Shown: piece by piece, positions 47,028 through 57,712 of the stretch
How positions within the stretch are numbered: the first letter of the stretch is position 1
Layout of the letters: each line of letters starts with the position of its first letter
Assembly (NCBI GenBank): GCA_945921235.1
Contig: CAMEKH010000001.1
Span: 17,961-81,960, forward strand
DNA: 64,000 bases
Source of the DNA: an uncultured Prevotellaceae bacterium
GTDB taxonomy: Bacteria > Bacteroidota > Bacteroidia > Bacteroidales > Muribaculaceae
Reading direction: 5' to 3'
Translations under genes and position numbers: made by a program
The notes under the pieces: generated by a model
Database searches by the model: none
What the model was told of the DNA's origin: nothing
What the model saw: only the letters and a program-made list of their open reading frames with translations

Positions 47028-48428
47028 ATGAATACATTATTCGATAAAATATGGGACGCACATATAGTAAACAAAATTGATGAAGGTCCTACACAATTAT
47101 ACATTGACCGCCACTATTGTCATGAAGTTACCAGCCCGCAAGCGTTCAATGGATTGCGCGAACGAGGCATTAAGGTATTTCGCCCTGAAAAGACATTTTG
47201 CTCTCCCGACCATAATATTCCCACATTAAATCAAGACAAACCTATTGCTGATTCCGTATCACGAAATCAAGTTGAGACATTGACAAAAAACGCCAATGAA
47301 TTTGGCGTAACTCTATTCGGACTGGGACACCCTAACAATGGAATAATTCACGTAATCGGACCGGAAAATGGCTTAACACTGCCTGGTTATACAATAGTGT
47401 GCGGCGATAGCCACACTTCCACTCATGGAGCTTTCGGAGCTGTTGCTTTCGGGATAGGGACAAGTGAAGTGGAAATGGTACTTGCTTCGCAGTGTATCCT
47501 ACAACCCAAACCCAAGACGATGCGAATAACCGTAAACGGACAACTGAAGCCTTTTGTTACGGCAAAGGACATAGCACTCTATATAATTGCAAAAATGACC
47601 ACCGGGGGAGCTACCGGATATTTTGTGGAATATGCCGGTGAAGCAATAAGGAATTTATCGATGGAAGAACGCATGACTGTGTGTAACTTAAGCATCGAAA
47701 TGGGAGCACGCGGTGGATTGATTGCCCCCGACGACACAACGTTTGAATACATTAAGGGGCGTGAATATGCGCCGAAAGGTGATGAATGGGTTAAATCAAT
47801 CGCTTATTGGCGCACATTGAAAAGTGACAATAATGCAGTTTTTGACAAAGAAATAGTCTTCAATGCCGAAGATATAGAGCCTCGAATTACCTACGGCACA
47901 AATCCCGGCATGGGCATTGGAATAAGCGAAAATATTCCAAATATTGATGAAATTGATGACACCGGTAAAATCTCATTCAAAAAATCTATTGACTATATGG
48001 GGTTCAAACCCGGAGAGAAGCTCTTGGGGAAACCAATTGACTATGTGTTCTTGGGCAGTTGCACCAATGGAAGAATAGAAGATTTCAGAGCATTTGCAAA
48101 TATCGTTAAAGGTCGACACAAAGCGAAAAACATTGTCGCTTGGCTTGTGCCCGGTTCTTGGAAAGTAATTGCTCAAATTAAAGAAGAGGGATTGGATAAG
48201 ATTTTAATGGAAGCCGGCTTTGAGATTCGTCAGCCCGGTTGCTCGGCATGTCTTGCTATGAATGAAGACAAAGTACCAGCTGGGAAATATGCTGTATCGA
48301 CTTCAAACAGAAATTTTGAGGGGCGCCAAGGCCCCGGAGCAAGGACAATACTCGCAGGGCCTCTTGTGGCAGCAGCAGCAGCCATTACAGGAAAAATCAC
48401 CGACCCACGAACAATTCAACACGATTAA
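47028..48428 (+). CDS. leuC: 3-isopropylmalate dehydratase large subunit
   Basis: 466 aa. Aconitase-family motifs ([22 protein letters not shown]). Confidence 0.95.
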   Translation: MNTLFDKIWDAHIVNKIDEGPTQLYIDRHYCHEVTSPQAFNGLRERGIKVFRPEKTFCSPDHNIPTLNQDKPIADSVSRNQVETLTKNANEFGVTLFGLGHPNNGIIHVIGPENGLTLPGYTIVCGDSHTSTHGAFGAVAFGIGTSEVEMVLASQCILQPKPKTMRITVNGQLKPFVTAKDIALYIIAKMTTGGATGYFVEYAGEAIRNLSMEERMTVCNLSIEMGARGGLIAPDDTTFEYIKGREYAPKGDEWVKSIAYWRTLKSDNNAVFDKEIVFNAEDIEPRITYGTNPGMGIGISENIPNIDEIDDTGKISFKKSIDYMGFKPGEKLLGKPIDYVFLGSCTNGRIEDFRAFANIVKGRHKAKNIVAWLVPGSWKVIAQIKEEGLDKILMEAGFEIRQPGCSACLAMNEDKVPAGKYAVSTSNRNFEGRQGPGARTILAGPLVAAAAAITGKITDPRTIQHD

Positions 48429-48433
48429 TTATT

Positions 48434-49021
48434 ATGAAAGATAAATTCAGCACACTTACTTCTACATGCATTCCATTGCCGGTAGAAAACATTGATACCG
48501 ACCAAATTATCCCGGCTCGTTTCTTAAAAGCTACCACACGCAAAGGATTCGGCGACAACCTATTCCGCGATTGGCGCTACGACAGCAATGGCAACCCTAT
48601 TGCATCTTTTGTACTCAACAATCCTGCATATTCAGGCTCGATACTTGTTGCAGGCAAGAATTTTGGCTCAGGGTCAAGTCGCGAACATGCAGCCTGGGCT
48701 GTAGCCGGATATGGATTTAAAGTGGTAGTGTCGAGTTTCTTTGCCGACATCTTCAAGAATAATGCGCTAAATAATTGCGTGCTACCGGTGGTAGTAAGCG
48801 AAGATTTTCTATCATCGCTATTTGACTCAATAAATAACGCCCCGGCCACTACTGTTACTGTCGACCTTAATGCTCAGACGATTACCAATAATGCAACAGG
48901 AGAATCAGAGTCATTCAGCATTAATTCCTACAAAAAAGGGTGTCTGCTTAACGGGTTTGATGATATTGATTTTCTATTGAGCAAAAAAGATGATATAGAA
49001 GAATGGGAGAACAAGCGCTGA
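48434..49021 (+). CDS. leuD: 3-isopropylmalate dehydratase small subunit
   Basis: 195 aa. Swivel-domain motif ([13 protein letters not shown]). It lies 5 nt after leuC. Confidence 0.95.
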   Translation: MKDKFSTLTSTCIPLPVENIDTDQIIPARFLKATTRKGFGDNLFRDWRYDSNGNPIASFVLNNPAYSGSILVAGKNFGSGSSREHAAWAVAGYGFKVVVSSFFADIFKNNALNNCVLPVVVSEDFLSSLFDSINNAPATTVTVDLNAQTITNNATGESESFSINSYKKGCLLNGFDDIDFLLSKKDDIEEWENKR

Positions 49022-49032
49022 GTAGAATCAAT

Positions 49033-50556
49033 ATGAATAATCATATTGAAATATTAGATACGACTCTCCGCGACGGCGAACAGACATCCGGCGTCAGTTT
49101 CTCTGCGTCCGAAAAATTAAGTATAGCTCGCATACTCCTTGAAGAACTGAAAGTTGAAAGAATTGAAGTGGCATCAGCTCGCGTTTCTTCAGGAGAATAC
49201 GGAGCAGTAGAGAAGATATGCAGATGGGCTAATAAAGTAGGCAAAATCGACAGGATTGAAGTACTCGGTTTTGTCGATAACGGAATCTCGATTGATTGGA
49301 TAAAGAACGTAGGAGGTAAAGTATTGAATCTTCTCGGCAAAGGTTCGGAGAAGCACTGCCGATTACAACTTGGCAAGACTCCTGAAGAACACATCGCCGA
49401 TATCAAGCATAATGTTATTCTTGCTGAAAAGAACGGACTCTGCGTGAATCTTTATCTCGAAGATTGGTCAAACGGAATCATACACTCACCGCAATACGTC
49501 TATAATCTTATAGACGAATTATCGCGATTGCCGATTAAGCGGTTTATGTTGCCCGACACTCTTGGCATAATGAACCCTAATCAAGTTTATGAGTATTGCA
49601 AGCGTATGGTAACAAGGTATCCTGATTGCCACTTCGACTTTCATGCCCATAACGATTACGACCTTGCCACAGCCAATTCATTTGCCGCAGGATTAGTGGG
49701 AGTGAAAGGCTTGCATTGCACAATCAACGGGCTTGGAGAAAGAGCAGGTAATGCCCCATTATCAAGTGTAATAGCTGTTGTACACGATATGCTTCATAAG
49801 CATACCGGCGTAGACGAAAAGAAAATCAATCGTGCAAGTCACATTGTTGAATCTTATTCAGGCGTAATTGTAGCAGCCAACAAACCTATTGTGGGCGATA
49901 GCGTTTTTACGCAGTGTGCCGGAGTACACGCTGATGGAGATAACAAAAATAATCTATACTATAATGACCTACTCCCTGAGCGATTCGGTCGCGAGCGAGA
50001 ATATGCTTTAGGTAAAACGTCGGGTAAAGCGAATATAAAAAAGAATCTTGAAACTCTTGGGGTAGATTTAAATGAAGAAGAAATAAAGAAAGTCACTCAG
50101 CGCGTGATAGAACTCGGCGATAAAAAGGAGATTGTGACTCCCTATGACCTTCCTTATATTGTGGCAGATGTGTTAAAACACGATATACAACAGAATAAAG
50201 TGCATATAGTGAATTATGCACTTAGTTTATCGCAAGGCTTGCGCCCCACTGCTACAATTAAGCTCGATGTCGATGGTAAAGAATTTCAGCAAAGTGCCGT
50301 AGGTGATGGTCAGTTCGACGCATTCGTTAAGGCGGTTAAGAAAATCTACAAAGAAAATCTTAGTCGTCAATTTCCTATATTAACCAACTATATAGTTAAT
50401 ATTCCTCCGGGAGGTAGGACCGATGCCCTCGTTCACACCACTATATCGTGGGAATATAATGGGCACCAGTTCAAAACGCGAGGATTAGATGCCGACCAGA
50501 TAGAAGCTGCCATTCAGGCTACGCTGAAGATGCTTAATATAATAGAAAACATTTAA
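49033..50556 (+). CDS. Second LeuA/CimA-family synthase (candidate citramalate synthase)
   Basis: 507 aa from ATG 49033 ([17 protein letters not shown]). It has the DRE-TIM core ([13 protein letters not shown]) and a C-terminal LeuA_dimer-type domain. It is embedded between leuD and leuB. Confidence 0.8.
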   Translation: MNNHIEILDTTLRDGEQTSGVSFSASEKLSIARILLEELKVERIEVASARVSSGEYGAVEKICRWANKVGKIDRIEVLGFVDNGISIDWIKNVGGKVLNLLGKGSEKHCRLQLGKTPEEHIADIKHNVILAEKNGLCVNLYLEDWSNGIIHSPQYVYNLIDELSRLPIKRFMLPDTLGIMNPNQVYEYCKRMVTRYPDCHFDFHAHNDYDLATANSFAAGLVGVKGLHCTINGLGERAGNAPLSSVIAVVHDMLHKHTGVDEKKINRASHIVESYSGVIVAANKPIVGDSVFTQCAGVHADGDNKNNLYYNDLLPERFGREREYALGKTSGKANIKKNLETLGVDLNEEEIKKVTQRVIELGDKKEIVTPYDLPYIVADVLKHDIQQNKVHIVNYALSLSQGLRPTATIKLDVDGKEFQQSAVGDGQFDAFVKAVKKIYKENLSRQFPILTNYIVNIPPGGRTDALVHTTISWEYNGHQFKTRGLDADQIEAAIQATLKMLNIIENI

Positions 50557-50567
50557 ATATTACTTAT

Positions 50568-51629
50568 ATGGATTTGAAAATTGCTATACTCGCCGGCGAC
50601 GGCATAGGACCGGAAATATCGGCACAAGGTGTCGACGTAATGAATGCCGTGTGCAAGAAATTCGGTCATAATGTTAGTTATGAATATGGAATCTGTGGAG
50701 CCGATGCAATCGACAAAGTAGGCAATCCTTTCCCCGATGAAACATTCCGTATTTGCAAGCAAGCTGATGCCGTACTGTTTTCGGCTGTCGGCGACCCGAA
50801 ATTCGACAATAATCCTACAGCAAAGGTGCGCCCCGAACAAGGTTTACTTGCAATGAGAAAGCAATTAGGATTATTTGCCAATATTCGTCCGGTGCAGACG
50901 TTTAAGTGCCTTCTTCATAAATCGCCACTTCGAGCCGACTTGGTTGAAGGTGCCGACTTCTTGTGTATCAGGGAATTAACAGGCGGAATGTATTTCGGCG
51001 AAAAGTATCAAGATAACGACAAAGCCTACGACACCAATATGTACACTCGTCCGGAAATAGAGCGTATTCTAAAAGTCGGATTTGAATATGCTATGCGGCG
51101 CAGAAAACACCTGACAGTTGTCGATAAGGCAAATGTACTCGCTTCGAGCCGACTATGGCGACAGATAGCTCAAGAAATGGCACCGATGTATCCCGAAGTT
51201 ACTACCGATTACATGTACGTTGACAATGCAGCTATGCGTATGATTCAAGAGCCTTGTTTCTTCGATGTGATGGTAACGGAAAACACTTTCGGTGACATAC
51301 TCACCGACGAAGGCTCATGCATTAGCGGCTCTATGGGCTTACTTCCTTCAGCATCAACTGGTGAAAGCACTCCTGTTTTCGAGCCTATTCACGGCTCTTG
51401 GCCACAAGCCAAAGGATTGAATATTGCCAATCCTATTGCTCAAATACTTTCAGTAGCTATGCTTTTTGAATATTTCAACTTGAATGAAGAGGGAGCTTTG
51501 ATACGCAAAGCAGTTGATGCTTCTCTTGATAATAATATCCGCACACCTGAGATTCAGGTTGAAAATGGTGCTAAATATGGCACAAAAGAAGTGGGAAAGT
51601 GGATTGTTGATTACATCACAAACGCCTGA
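50568..51629 (+). CDS. leuB: 3-isopropylmalate dehydrogenase
   Basis: 353 aa. N-terminus [13 protein letters not shown] and motif [10 protein letters not shown]. Confidence 0.95.
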   Translation: MDLKIAILAGDGIGPEISAQGVDVMNAVCKKFGHNVSYEYGICGADAIDKVGNPFPDETFRICKQADAVLFSAVGDPKFDNNPTAKVRPEQGLLAMRKQLGLFANIRPVQTFKCLLHKSPLRADLVEGADFLCIRELTGGMYFGEKYQDNDKAYDTNMYTRPEIERILKVGFEYAMRRRKHLTVVDKANVLASSRLWRQIAQEMAPMYPEVTTDYMYVDNAAMRMIQEPCFFDVMVTENTFGDILTDEGSCISGSMGLLPSASTGESTPVFEPIHGSWPQAKGLNIANPIAQILSVAMLFEYFNLNEEGALIRKAVDASLDNNIRTPEIQVENGAKYGTKEVGKWIVDYITNA

Positions 51630-51663
51630 CGTAAAAGATAATATATTGAAGAAGATTATTTGT

Positions 51664-51698
51664 GCGGTAAAAGTCCAACGGCTTTTACCGCTTTGTTT
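51664..51698 (+). terminator. Intrinsic terminator after leuB
   Basis: Stem GCGGTAAAAG / CTTTTACCGC followed by TTTGTTT. Confidence 0.75.
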
Positions 51699-52440
51699 AC
51701 GGCATTATAATGCAATAAACTATTCCTCCTACAATTATCGATATAATTATCAAATACACCAATGAAAACACCGATGCATACAGCCAAAAATGAAATAGTC
51801 TCCACACTGCTTTGACCGACTTACACGGAAAAGCCTTAAGCAGAGCAAGGTTGCCCATTATAAATGCATATCCCGTACAGACATCTTTGCCATCAATCAA
51901 ACCAAAATATTCAATTGGGTCCATAAGAACACTTATTGTATATATCATGCACAGCATGAATGCTCCGGCAAACATATATTCCACCCAATTAAATCTGTCA
52001 CCGCCGCCCTTCCTATATGATAATCTCACTGCCAGCAATATAGGGAACATACTTATTAGTGCAGTAAATGTTTCATTCTCAGTGAAAAATTTTACGCACA
52101 TATCAATCGCTTTAACGACATCAGATTGTTGTGCCAAAAAAGTCTCATCCCTAACAGGCAATAATCCTAGCCATTTCGACAATAGCAAATCATAGAACAC
52201 AAGTAACACTAGCATCACAAACGGCTGTGAATACCGCACTCGCTTGCCTTTCAAGAATTCCTTAATCACTTTCCACGGACACACAAGTAGCATTCCGGCA
52301 GTTCGGAAGAAGACCATATTAACCCTGAAAATCCCCAATGCCGAGTACACGGCAAGATTCTTGGCGGTAAGTCTGCCCACGGAAGTTATCTGCCCGCACT
52401 CCGGACAGAATTTGCCATAGCACTCAGTTCCGCAATTCAT
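51697..52440 (-). CDS. DUF3667-like membrane protein with an N-terminal zinc ribbon
   Basis: Zinc ribbon CMNCGTECYGKFCPECG followed by about 5 TM helices. A -7 box at 52515-52522 lies inside the ORF-track N-terminus (start 52527). The next in-frame Met (52440, MNCGTE..) is therefore preferred. Confidence 0.6.
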   Translation of the reverse strand: MNCGTECYGKFCPECGQITSVGRLTAKNLAVYSALGIFRVNMVFFRTAGMLLVCPWKVIKEFLKGKRVRYSQPFVMLVLLVFYDLLLSKWLGLLPVRDETFLAQQSDVVKAIDMCVKFFTENETFTALISMFPILLAVRLSYRKGGGDRFNWVEYMFAGAFMLCMIYTISVLMDPIEYFGLIDGKDVCTGYAFIMGNLALLKAFPCKSVKAVWRLFHFWLYASVFSLVYLIIISIIVGGIVYCIIMP

Positions 52441-52514
52441 ACAAATCACTTTCTTCTGCTCTCTCCTATTGTCTATCTCAAAATTATCAGCTTCCACTAT
52501 CCAAGTTTTTTGTG

Positions 52515-52522
52515 CAAAAATA
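52515..52522 (-). promoter_or_regulatory. -7 box TATTTTTG (DUF3667 gene)
   Basis: The plus strand reads CAAAAATA. It lies directly downstream of the gdhA terminator. Confidence 0.45.
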
Positions 52523-52540
52523 CACAAGATTCAATATAAA

Positions 52541-52586
52541 ACAAAAAAACCGCTGAAATTGCTTCATAGAATGCAATTCCGGCGGT
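52541..52586 (-). terminator. Intrinsic terminator after gdhA
   Basis: Imperfect 14-bp stem ACCGCTGAAATTGC / GCAATTCCGGCGGT. On the minus strand it is followed by T7. Confidence 0.7.
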
Positions 52587-52609
52587 CCAAAAAATTCTTT
52601 AAGATATTA

Positions 52610-53947
52610 TTATATAATTCCTTGAGCCATCATAGCGTGGGCTACTTTCATAAAACCTGCAATATTTGCACCCTTCATATAATTAATATATCCATCAGGT
52701 TCTGTTCCATATTTTACACATTGTTCATGAATATCATTCATAATTCCATGTAGTTTCTCATCAACTTCAGCCTCACTCCACGACAAGTGCATAGCATTTT
52801 GACTCATTTCAAGACCAGAAGTTGCTACACCTCCGGCATTAACAGCCTTGCCGGGACCATACATAATTTTGTTCTCAATGAACGTATCGATGGCTTCAGG
52901 TGTACAACCCATATTCGACACTTCACCCACACAGAGCACTCCATTCTTTACAAGGTTATCGGCATCTTCCTTGTCTACTTCATTTTGAGTGGCACAAGGC
53001 ATTGCTATATCAACCTTTACTTCCCAAGGACGACGTCCGGGATAGAATGTTGCCCCGGGGAATTTCTCAACGTATGGTTCCACAATATCTTCGCCACTTG
53101 CACGAAGCTGAAGCATATAATCAATTTTTTCGCCAGAGATTCCATCTGGGTCATAAACATATCCATCAGGACCGGAAATTGTAACGACCTTAGCACCAAG
53201 TTGAGTTGCTTTAGTTGCCGCTCCCCAAGCTACATTTCCGAAACCTGAAATTGCAACAGTCTTGCCGGCAAAATCTTCACCTTTGGTTCTAAGCATGTTA
53301 CGCACGAAATAGCATGCTCCAAATCCGGTTGCTTCCGGGCGTATTTTAGAGCCTCCAAATTCCAATCCTTTGCCGGTAAATGTTCCTGTATGTTCTTGAG
53401 CAAGTTTCTTATACATTCCAAACATGTATCCCACTTCACGACCACCAACGCCAATATCTCCGGCAGGAACATCACGGTCGGGACCGAGATTACGCCACAA
53501 TTCAAGTATAAATGCTTGGCAGAAACGCATAATTTCTCCATCGCTCTTTCCTCTCGGGCTGAAATCCGAACCACCTTTACCACCACCCATAGGGAGCGTA
53601 GTCAATGCATTCTTGAATGTCTGTTCAAAGCCCAAGAACTTAAGAATCGACAAATTGACAGATGCATGGAAACGTATGCCGCCTTTATACGGACCAATTG
53701 CATTATTAAATTGAACGCGATAACCTATATTAGTCTGTACCTCACCATTATCATCAACCCATGAAACACGGAATGTGAAAATACGGTCGGGTTCCACCAT
53801 ACGCTCTATGATTTTTGCTTTTTCAAATTCAGGATGCTCGTTATAAACATCTTTAACCGATAAAAGAACTTCTCTTACGGCTTGCAAATACTCTTTCTCA
53901 CCCGGATGCTTAGCTTCGAGATTCGATAAAATTTCATTTACATTCAT
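52610..53947 (-). CDS. gdhA: NADP-specific glutamate dehydrogenase
   Basis: 445 aa. Catalytic-Lys motif LPMGGGKGGSDF and a Rossmann motif GFGNVAWG. Confidence 0.95.
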   Translation of the reverse strand: MNVNEILSNLEAKHPGEKEYLQAVREVLLSVKDVYNEHPEFEKAKIIERMVEPDRIFTFRVSWVDDNGEVQTNIGYRVQFNNAIGPYKGGIRFHASVNLSILKFLGFEQTFKNALTTLPMGGGKGGSDFSPRGKSDGEIMRFCQAFILELWRNLGPDRDVPAGDIGVGGREVGYMFGMYKKLAQEHTGTFTGKGLEFGGSKIRPEATGFGACYFVRNMLRTKGEDFAGKTVAISGFGNVAWGAATKATQLGAKVVTISGPDGYVYDPDGISGEKIDYMLQLRASGEDIVEPYVEKFPGATFYPGRRPWEVKVDIAMPCATQNEVDKEDADNLVKNGVLCVGEVSNMGCTPEAIDTFIENKIMYGPGKAVNAGGVATSGLEMSQNAMHLSWSEAEVDEKLHGIMNDIHEQCVKYGTEPDGYINYMKGANIAGFMKVAHAMMAQGII

Positions 53948-54003
53948 AATATTTTCATTTAATGGTATTACTATTTATTTGTCACTTATATTCTGCGACA
54001 CCA

Positions 54004-54011
54004 CAAAAGTA
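54004..54011 (-). promoter_or_regulatory. -7 box TACTTTTG (gdhA)
   Basis: The plus strand reads CAAAAGTA. It lies 56 nt upstream of ATG 53947. Confidence 0.55.
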
Positions 54012-54241
54012 ATGCAAATTTTGATTCACAGGTTACATATCAACCTTTTTTTGCTATAATTTATTAATTTCGCACTTTAGAGCTGACATTTTGCCATTAG
54101 TTTCACTTCCTTTAACACATTTCATTACAGAGCAGATTTCTAAATGTATGGAAACTCACAGCTTTATGCGGCATTTATCCAAAATTTATGCATTTCAGCA
54201 TCACAAAATTTCATTCCATAAAAGTCCTATTTTATATATAT

Positions 54242-54267
54242 TGACACTTTGTTATGACACTTTATTA
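54242..54267. repeat. Tandem 13-mer TGACACTTTGTTA / TGACACTTTATTA
   Basis: Two head-to-tail copies, 12 of 13 positions identical. They lie in the 409-bp gdhA/lpxD divergent spacer. Confidence 0.7.
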
Positions 54268-54356
54268 AAATTGAATAACATAAAAATAATGTAAACGTTT
54301 TGTTAACTCATTATTTTTTTGCAATTTTGCAGATTGAAATTCATAAATATATAAAT

Positions 54357-55385
54357 ATGGAATTATCCGCAGGTCAATTAGCGGCACTCGTGAGAGGTAC
54401 GGTTGAAGGTGACCCTAATGTCATAATCAACAATTTCGCAAAAATAGAAGAAGCTAAAGAGGGATGCCTTACGTTCTTGGCTAATCCTAAATATACTCAT
54501 TTCATTTATTCAACCAATGCATCAGCTGTGCTCGTAAGTAATGCTTTTCAAGCTGAACAACACATTAATGCTACACTTATTCGGGTAGCTGACCCCTATG
54601 CAACACTCGCTGAATTGCTAAACTTCGTGAATAGTCAGAAAGCAGAAAAGATGGGAGTAGAGCAACCATCGTATGTTTCCGATGGAGTAAAATTGCCCGA
54701 TGATATTTATTTGGGAGCTTTTGCATACATTGGTAAAAATGTTACGATTGGCAAGCATGTTAAAATTTATCCTCAATGCTACATCGGCGATAATGTAACT
54801 ATCGGTGATAGTGTAATACTATATCCGGGAGTCAAAATATACTACAATTGCAAAATTGGTAACAATTGCATATTACATGCAGGCGTAGTGATTGGCGGTG
54901 ATGGATTCGGATTCGCTCCCACAAGCAATGGATATGAAAAAATTGCTCAAATCGGTAATGTTGTAATTGATGATAATGTGGAAATAGGAGCCAATACGAC
55001 AATCGACCGAGCTACTATGGGTAGCACTCACATTCATCAAGGTGTAAAACTTGATAACTTGATTCAAGTGGCACATAATGTGGAAATTGGTGAACACACG
55101 GTTATTGCCGCACAAACAGGTGTAGCCGGCTCTACTAAAATCGGCAGCCATAATATGATAGGAGGGCAAGTAGGTTTTGCCGGACATATCAATATAGGTA
55201 ACTATAACCAAATAGGAGCACAATCGGGAATTCCTAATAACATAAAAGACAAGAATATTTTGATGGGATATCCTGCTGTGCCTGCACGTGATTTTGCACG
55301 CCAGACTGTATATATCAAAAAACTGTCTACACTCTACAATGATGTTGAAGATTTGAAGCGTAAAATCAATGAGATTGAGAAATAA
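54357..55385 (+). CDS. lpxD: UDP-3-O-acylglucosamine N-acyltransferase
   Basis: 342 aa from ATG 54357. It has a left-handed beta-helix of hexapeptide repeats. The ORF-track start 54300 is a TTG in the AT-rich spacer. Confidence 0.92.
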   Translation: MELSAGQLAALVRGTVEGDPNVIINNFAKIEEAKEGCLTFLANPKYTHFIYSTNASAVLVSNAFQAEQHINATLIRVADPYATLAELLNFVNSQKAEKMGVEQPSYVSDGVKLPDDIYLGAFAYIGKNVTIGKHVKIYPQCYIGDNVTIGDSVILYPGVKIYYNCKIGNNCILHAGVVIGGDGFGFAPTSNGYEKIAQIGNVVIDDNVEIGANTTIDRATMGSTHIHQGVKLDNLIQVAHNVEIGEHTVIAAQTGVAGSTKIGSHNMIGGQVGFAGHINIGNYNQIGAQSGIPNNIKDKNILMGYPAVPARDFARQTVYIKKLSTLYNDVEDLKRKINEIEK

Positions 55386-55405
55386 TCAGTAAAAAATATA
55401 TAACA

Positions 55406-56788
55406 ATGAAGCAACGCACATTAAAAAGCGCATTTACAGTGACCGGAAAAGGATTGCACACTGGCTTAACCATTGAAGCCTCCTTTAATCCTGCTCCAGA
55501 AAATCATGGTATTAAATTTGAGCGCGTTGACCTCGAGGGCAATCCTACAATCGATGCTTTGGCTGAAAACGTGGTTGAAACACAGCGAGGCACGGTAATT
55601 GCCCGTGGCGAAGCCAAAGTAAGCACTATCGAGCATGCTCTGGCATCTCTTTACGCTGCCGGAATCGACATTTGCCTTGTTAAAGTCAACGCACCAGAGT
55701 TGCCAATTCTCGATGGTAGTGCAAAAGAATATGCCAAATTAATCGAAGAAGTTGGTTATGAAGAACAAAAAGCTGAAAAGTGCTACTATGTAGTCAAGAA
55801 TAAAATTGAATTGGTTGATGAAAACAGCGGTTCATCAATTGTTATTCTACCTGATGAAGAATTCAGCATCGACACTATGATTGAATTCAATTCTCCTGTA
55901 CTTCCCAATCAATTTGCATCGCTTGATAATTTGAGCAAATTCAAAGAAGAAATAGCCGGCTGTCGCACTTTCGTTTTTGTTAGAGAAATTCTACCATTAG
56001 TTGCCAATAATTTGATTAAAGGTGGTGACTTGAATAATGCGATTGTAATCTACGATTCGCCACTCACACAAGAATCTCTCGACAAGATTGCCGATGCAAT
56101 GAATGTTCCTCACAAGAATGTGAATGAATTGGGCTACGTCAACGATGAGCCTTTGCATTTCGATAACGAACCTGCTCGCCACAAACTTCTTGATGTCCTC
56201 GGAGATATCGCATTAATAGGACGTCCGATAAAAGGACACGTAATTGCCACACGCCCCGGACACACTATTAATACTACCTTTGCGAAAAAAATACGTAGAG
56301 AATTAAAGCGTCAGGATATGCAAACTCCGGTTTATGACCCTAACAAAGAGCCGGTTATGGACATCAATCGCATACGCCAATTGCTTCCGCATCGCTATCC
56401 GTTCTTACTCGTCGACAAAATAATAGAACTTGGCGATACACATATCGTGGGCATAAAGAATGTATCGGGCAATGAGCCTTTCTTCCAAGGACACTTCCCG
56501 CAGGAGCCTGTAATGCCAGGAGTCCTTCTTGTTGAGGCAATGGCACAAGTGGGAGGTCTTCTTGTGCTTAACACGGTAGACGAACCCGAGAGATATTCAA
56601 CTTATTTCATGAAAATAGATAATGTGAAGTTCCGTCAGAAAGTTGTTCCGGGCGATACTCTCATTTTCCACTTATCGCTTATGACAGAAATACGTCGTGG
56701 CTGTGCCGTAATGAAAGGTTATGCCTTTGTAGGTGATAAGATTGTGACTGAAGCTGAATTTATGGCTCAAATCATTAAGAATAAATAA
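55406..56788 (+). CDS. lpxC: Bifunctional UDP-3-O-acyl-GlcNAc deacetylase / 3-hydroxyacyl-ACP dehydratase
   Basis: 460 aa. LpxC N-terminal half (..HTGL.., EHALASL) fused to FabZ (LLPHRYPFLLVDKI, GHFP..PVMPGVL). This fusion is typical of Bacteroidota. Confidence 0.93.
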   Translation: MKQRTLKSAFTVTGKGLHTGLTIEASFNPAPENHGIKFERVDLEGNPTIDALAENVVETQRGTVIARGEAKVSTIEHALASLYAAGIDICLVKVNAPELPILDGSAKEYAKLIEEVGYEEQKAEKCYYVVKNKIELVDENSGSSIVILPDEEFSIDTMIEFNSPVLPNQFASLDNLSKFKEEIAGCRTFVFVREILPLVANNLIKGGDLNNAIVIYDSPLTQESLDKIADAMNVPHKNVNELGYVNDEPLHFDNEPARHKLLDVLGDIALIGRPIKGHVIATRPGHTINTTFAKKIRRELKRQDMQTPVYDPNKEPVMDINRIRQLLPHRYPFLLVDKIIELGDTHIVGIKNVSGNEPFFQGHFPQEPVMPGVLLVEAMAQVGGLLVLNTVDEPERYSTYFMKIDNVKFRQKVVPGDTLIFHLSLMTEIRRGCAVMKGYAFVGDKIVTEAEFMAQIIKNK

Positions 56789-56809
56789 TAATCTAATTCA
56801 ATATATAAT

Positions 56810-57586
56810 ATGAAACAACCTTTAGCATACGTCCATCCTGCTGCTAAGATTGCGTCGAATGTTGTTATCGACCCTTTTGTGACTATCGACCAGAATGTAG
56901 AAATCGGTGAAGGCACCAGAATAGGAAGTAATGTAACGATTTTGGAAGGTGCTCGAATCGGCAAAAATTGCACGATATGTTCAGGTGCTGTTATTTCGGG
57001 AGTGCCTCAAGACTTAAAATTCCGCGGTGAAGATAGTGTGGCAATAATTGGCGATAACACTACTATCCGCGAATGTGTAACTATCAACCGCGGTACTGCT
57101 TCAAAAGGCAAAACCGTAATAGGAAATAATTGTCTTATTATGGCTTATTGCCATGTGGCTCACGACTGCGTTATTGGCGACAATGTGATTATGTCCAATG
57201 CAGTGCAAGTGGCAGGTGAGGTAGTAATTGACAATTTTGCAGTAATTGGTGGCGGTGCGCTGATTCACCAGTTCTCTCACATCGGGCAACACGTGATGGT
57301 ACAAGGCGGTGCTTTAGTAAATAAAGACATTCCACCTTATGTAAAAGCTGCTCGTGAACCGATATCCTATGCCGGAATCAATTCAATCGGTCTGCGTCGC
57401 AGAAATTTTACTAACGAACAAATTCGCGAGATTCAAGAAATATTCCGTTATCTTTATCTTTCGGGATTGAATAATACTGATGCCATAGAGCGCATCGAGG
57501 CAGAACTTCCGGCATCAAAGGAGCGTGACGAAATCATTCTTTTCGTTAGAAACTCCAAGCGAGGAATTATTCGTGGTTATGTGTGA
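56810..57586 (+). CDS. lpxA: Acyl-ACP--UDP-GlcNAc O-acyltransferase
   Basis: 258 aa. Hexapeptide-repeat beta-helix followed by a helical C-terminal domain. It is the last gene of the lpx cluster. Confidence 0.93.
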   Translation: MKQPLAYVHPAAKIASNVVIDPFVTIDQNVEIGEGTRIGSNVTILEGARIGKNCTICSGAVISGVPQDLKFRGEDSVAIIGDNTTIRECVTINRGTASKGKTVIGNNCLIMAYCHVAHDCVIGDNVIMSNAVQVAGEVVIDNFAVIGGGALIHQFSHIGQHVMVQGGALVNKDIPPYVKAAREPISYAGINSIGLRRRNFTNEQIREIQEIFRYLYLSGLNNTDAIERIEAELPASKERDEIILFVRNSKRGIIRGYV

Positions 57587-57611
57587 TATATTACACGCAA
57601 ATCAGTAGCAT

Positions 57612-57654
57612 AAAAAAGTAACCGAGAGCGTAATTCACTCTCGGTTACTTTTTT
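57612..57654. terminator. Bidirectional terminator between lpxA (+) and the epimerase (-)
   Basis: 17-bp stem AAAAAAGTAACCGAGAG / CTCTCGGTTACTTTTTT. The A-run and T-run are part of the arms. Confidence 0.85.
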
Positions 57655-57712
57655 ATTATTGACTTTCATCCTTAAAATTAATTTTTACTATGGAAATATA
57701 ATGAAAGTAACA

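Noticed and set aside
54091-54294. A 67-aa TTG-initiated ORF in the gdhA/lpxD spacer.
   Set aside because: It has a non-ATG start, AT-rich sequence of promoter-region character and no signal or motif. It is most likely non-coding.
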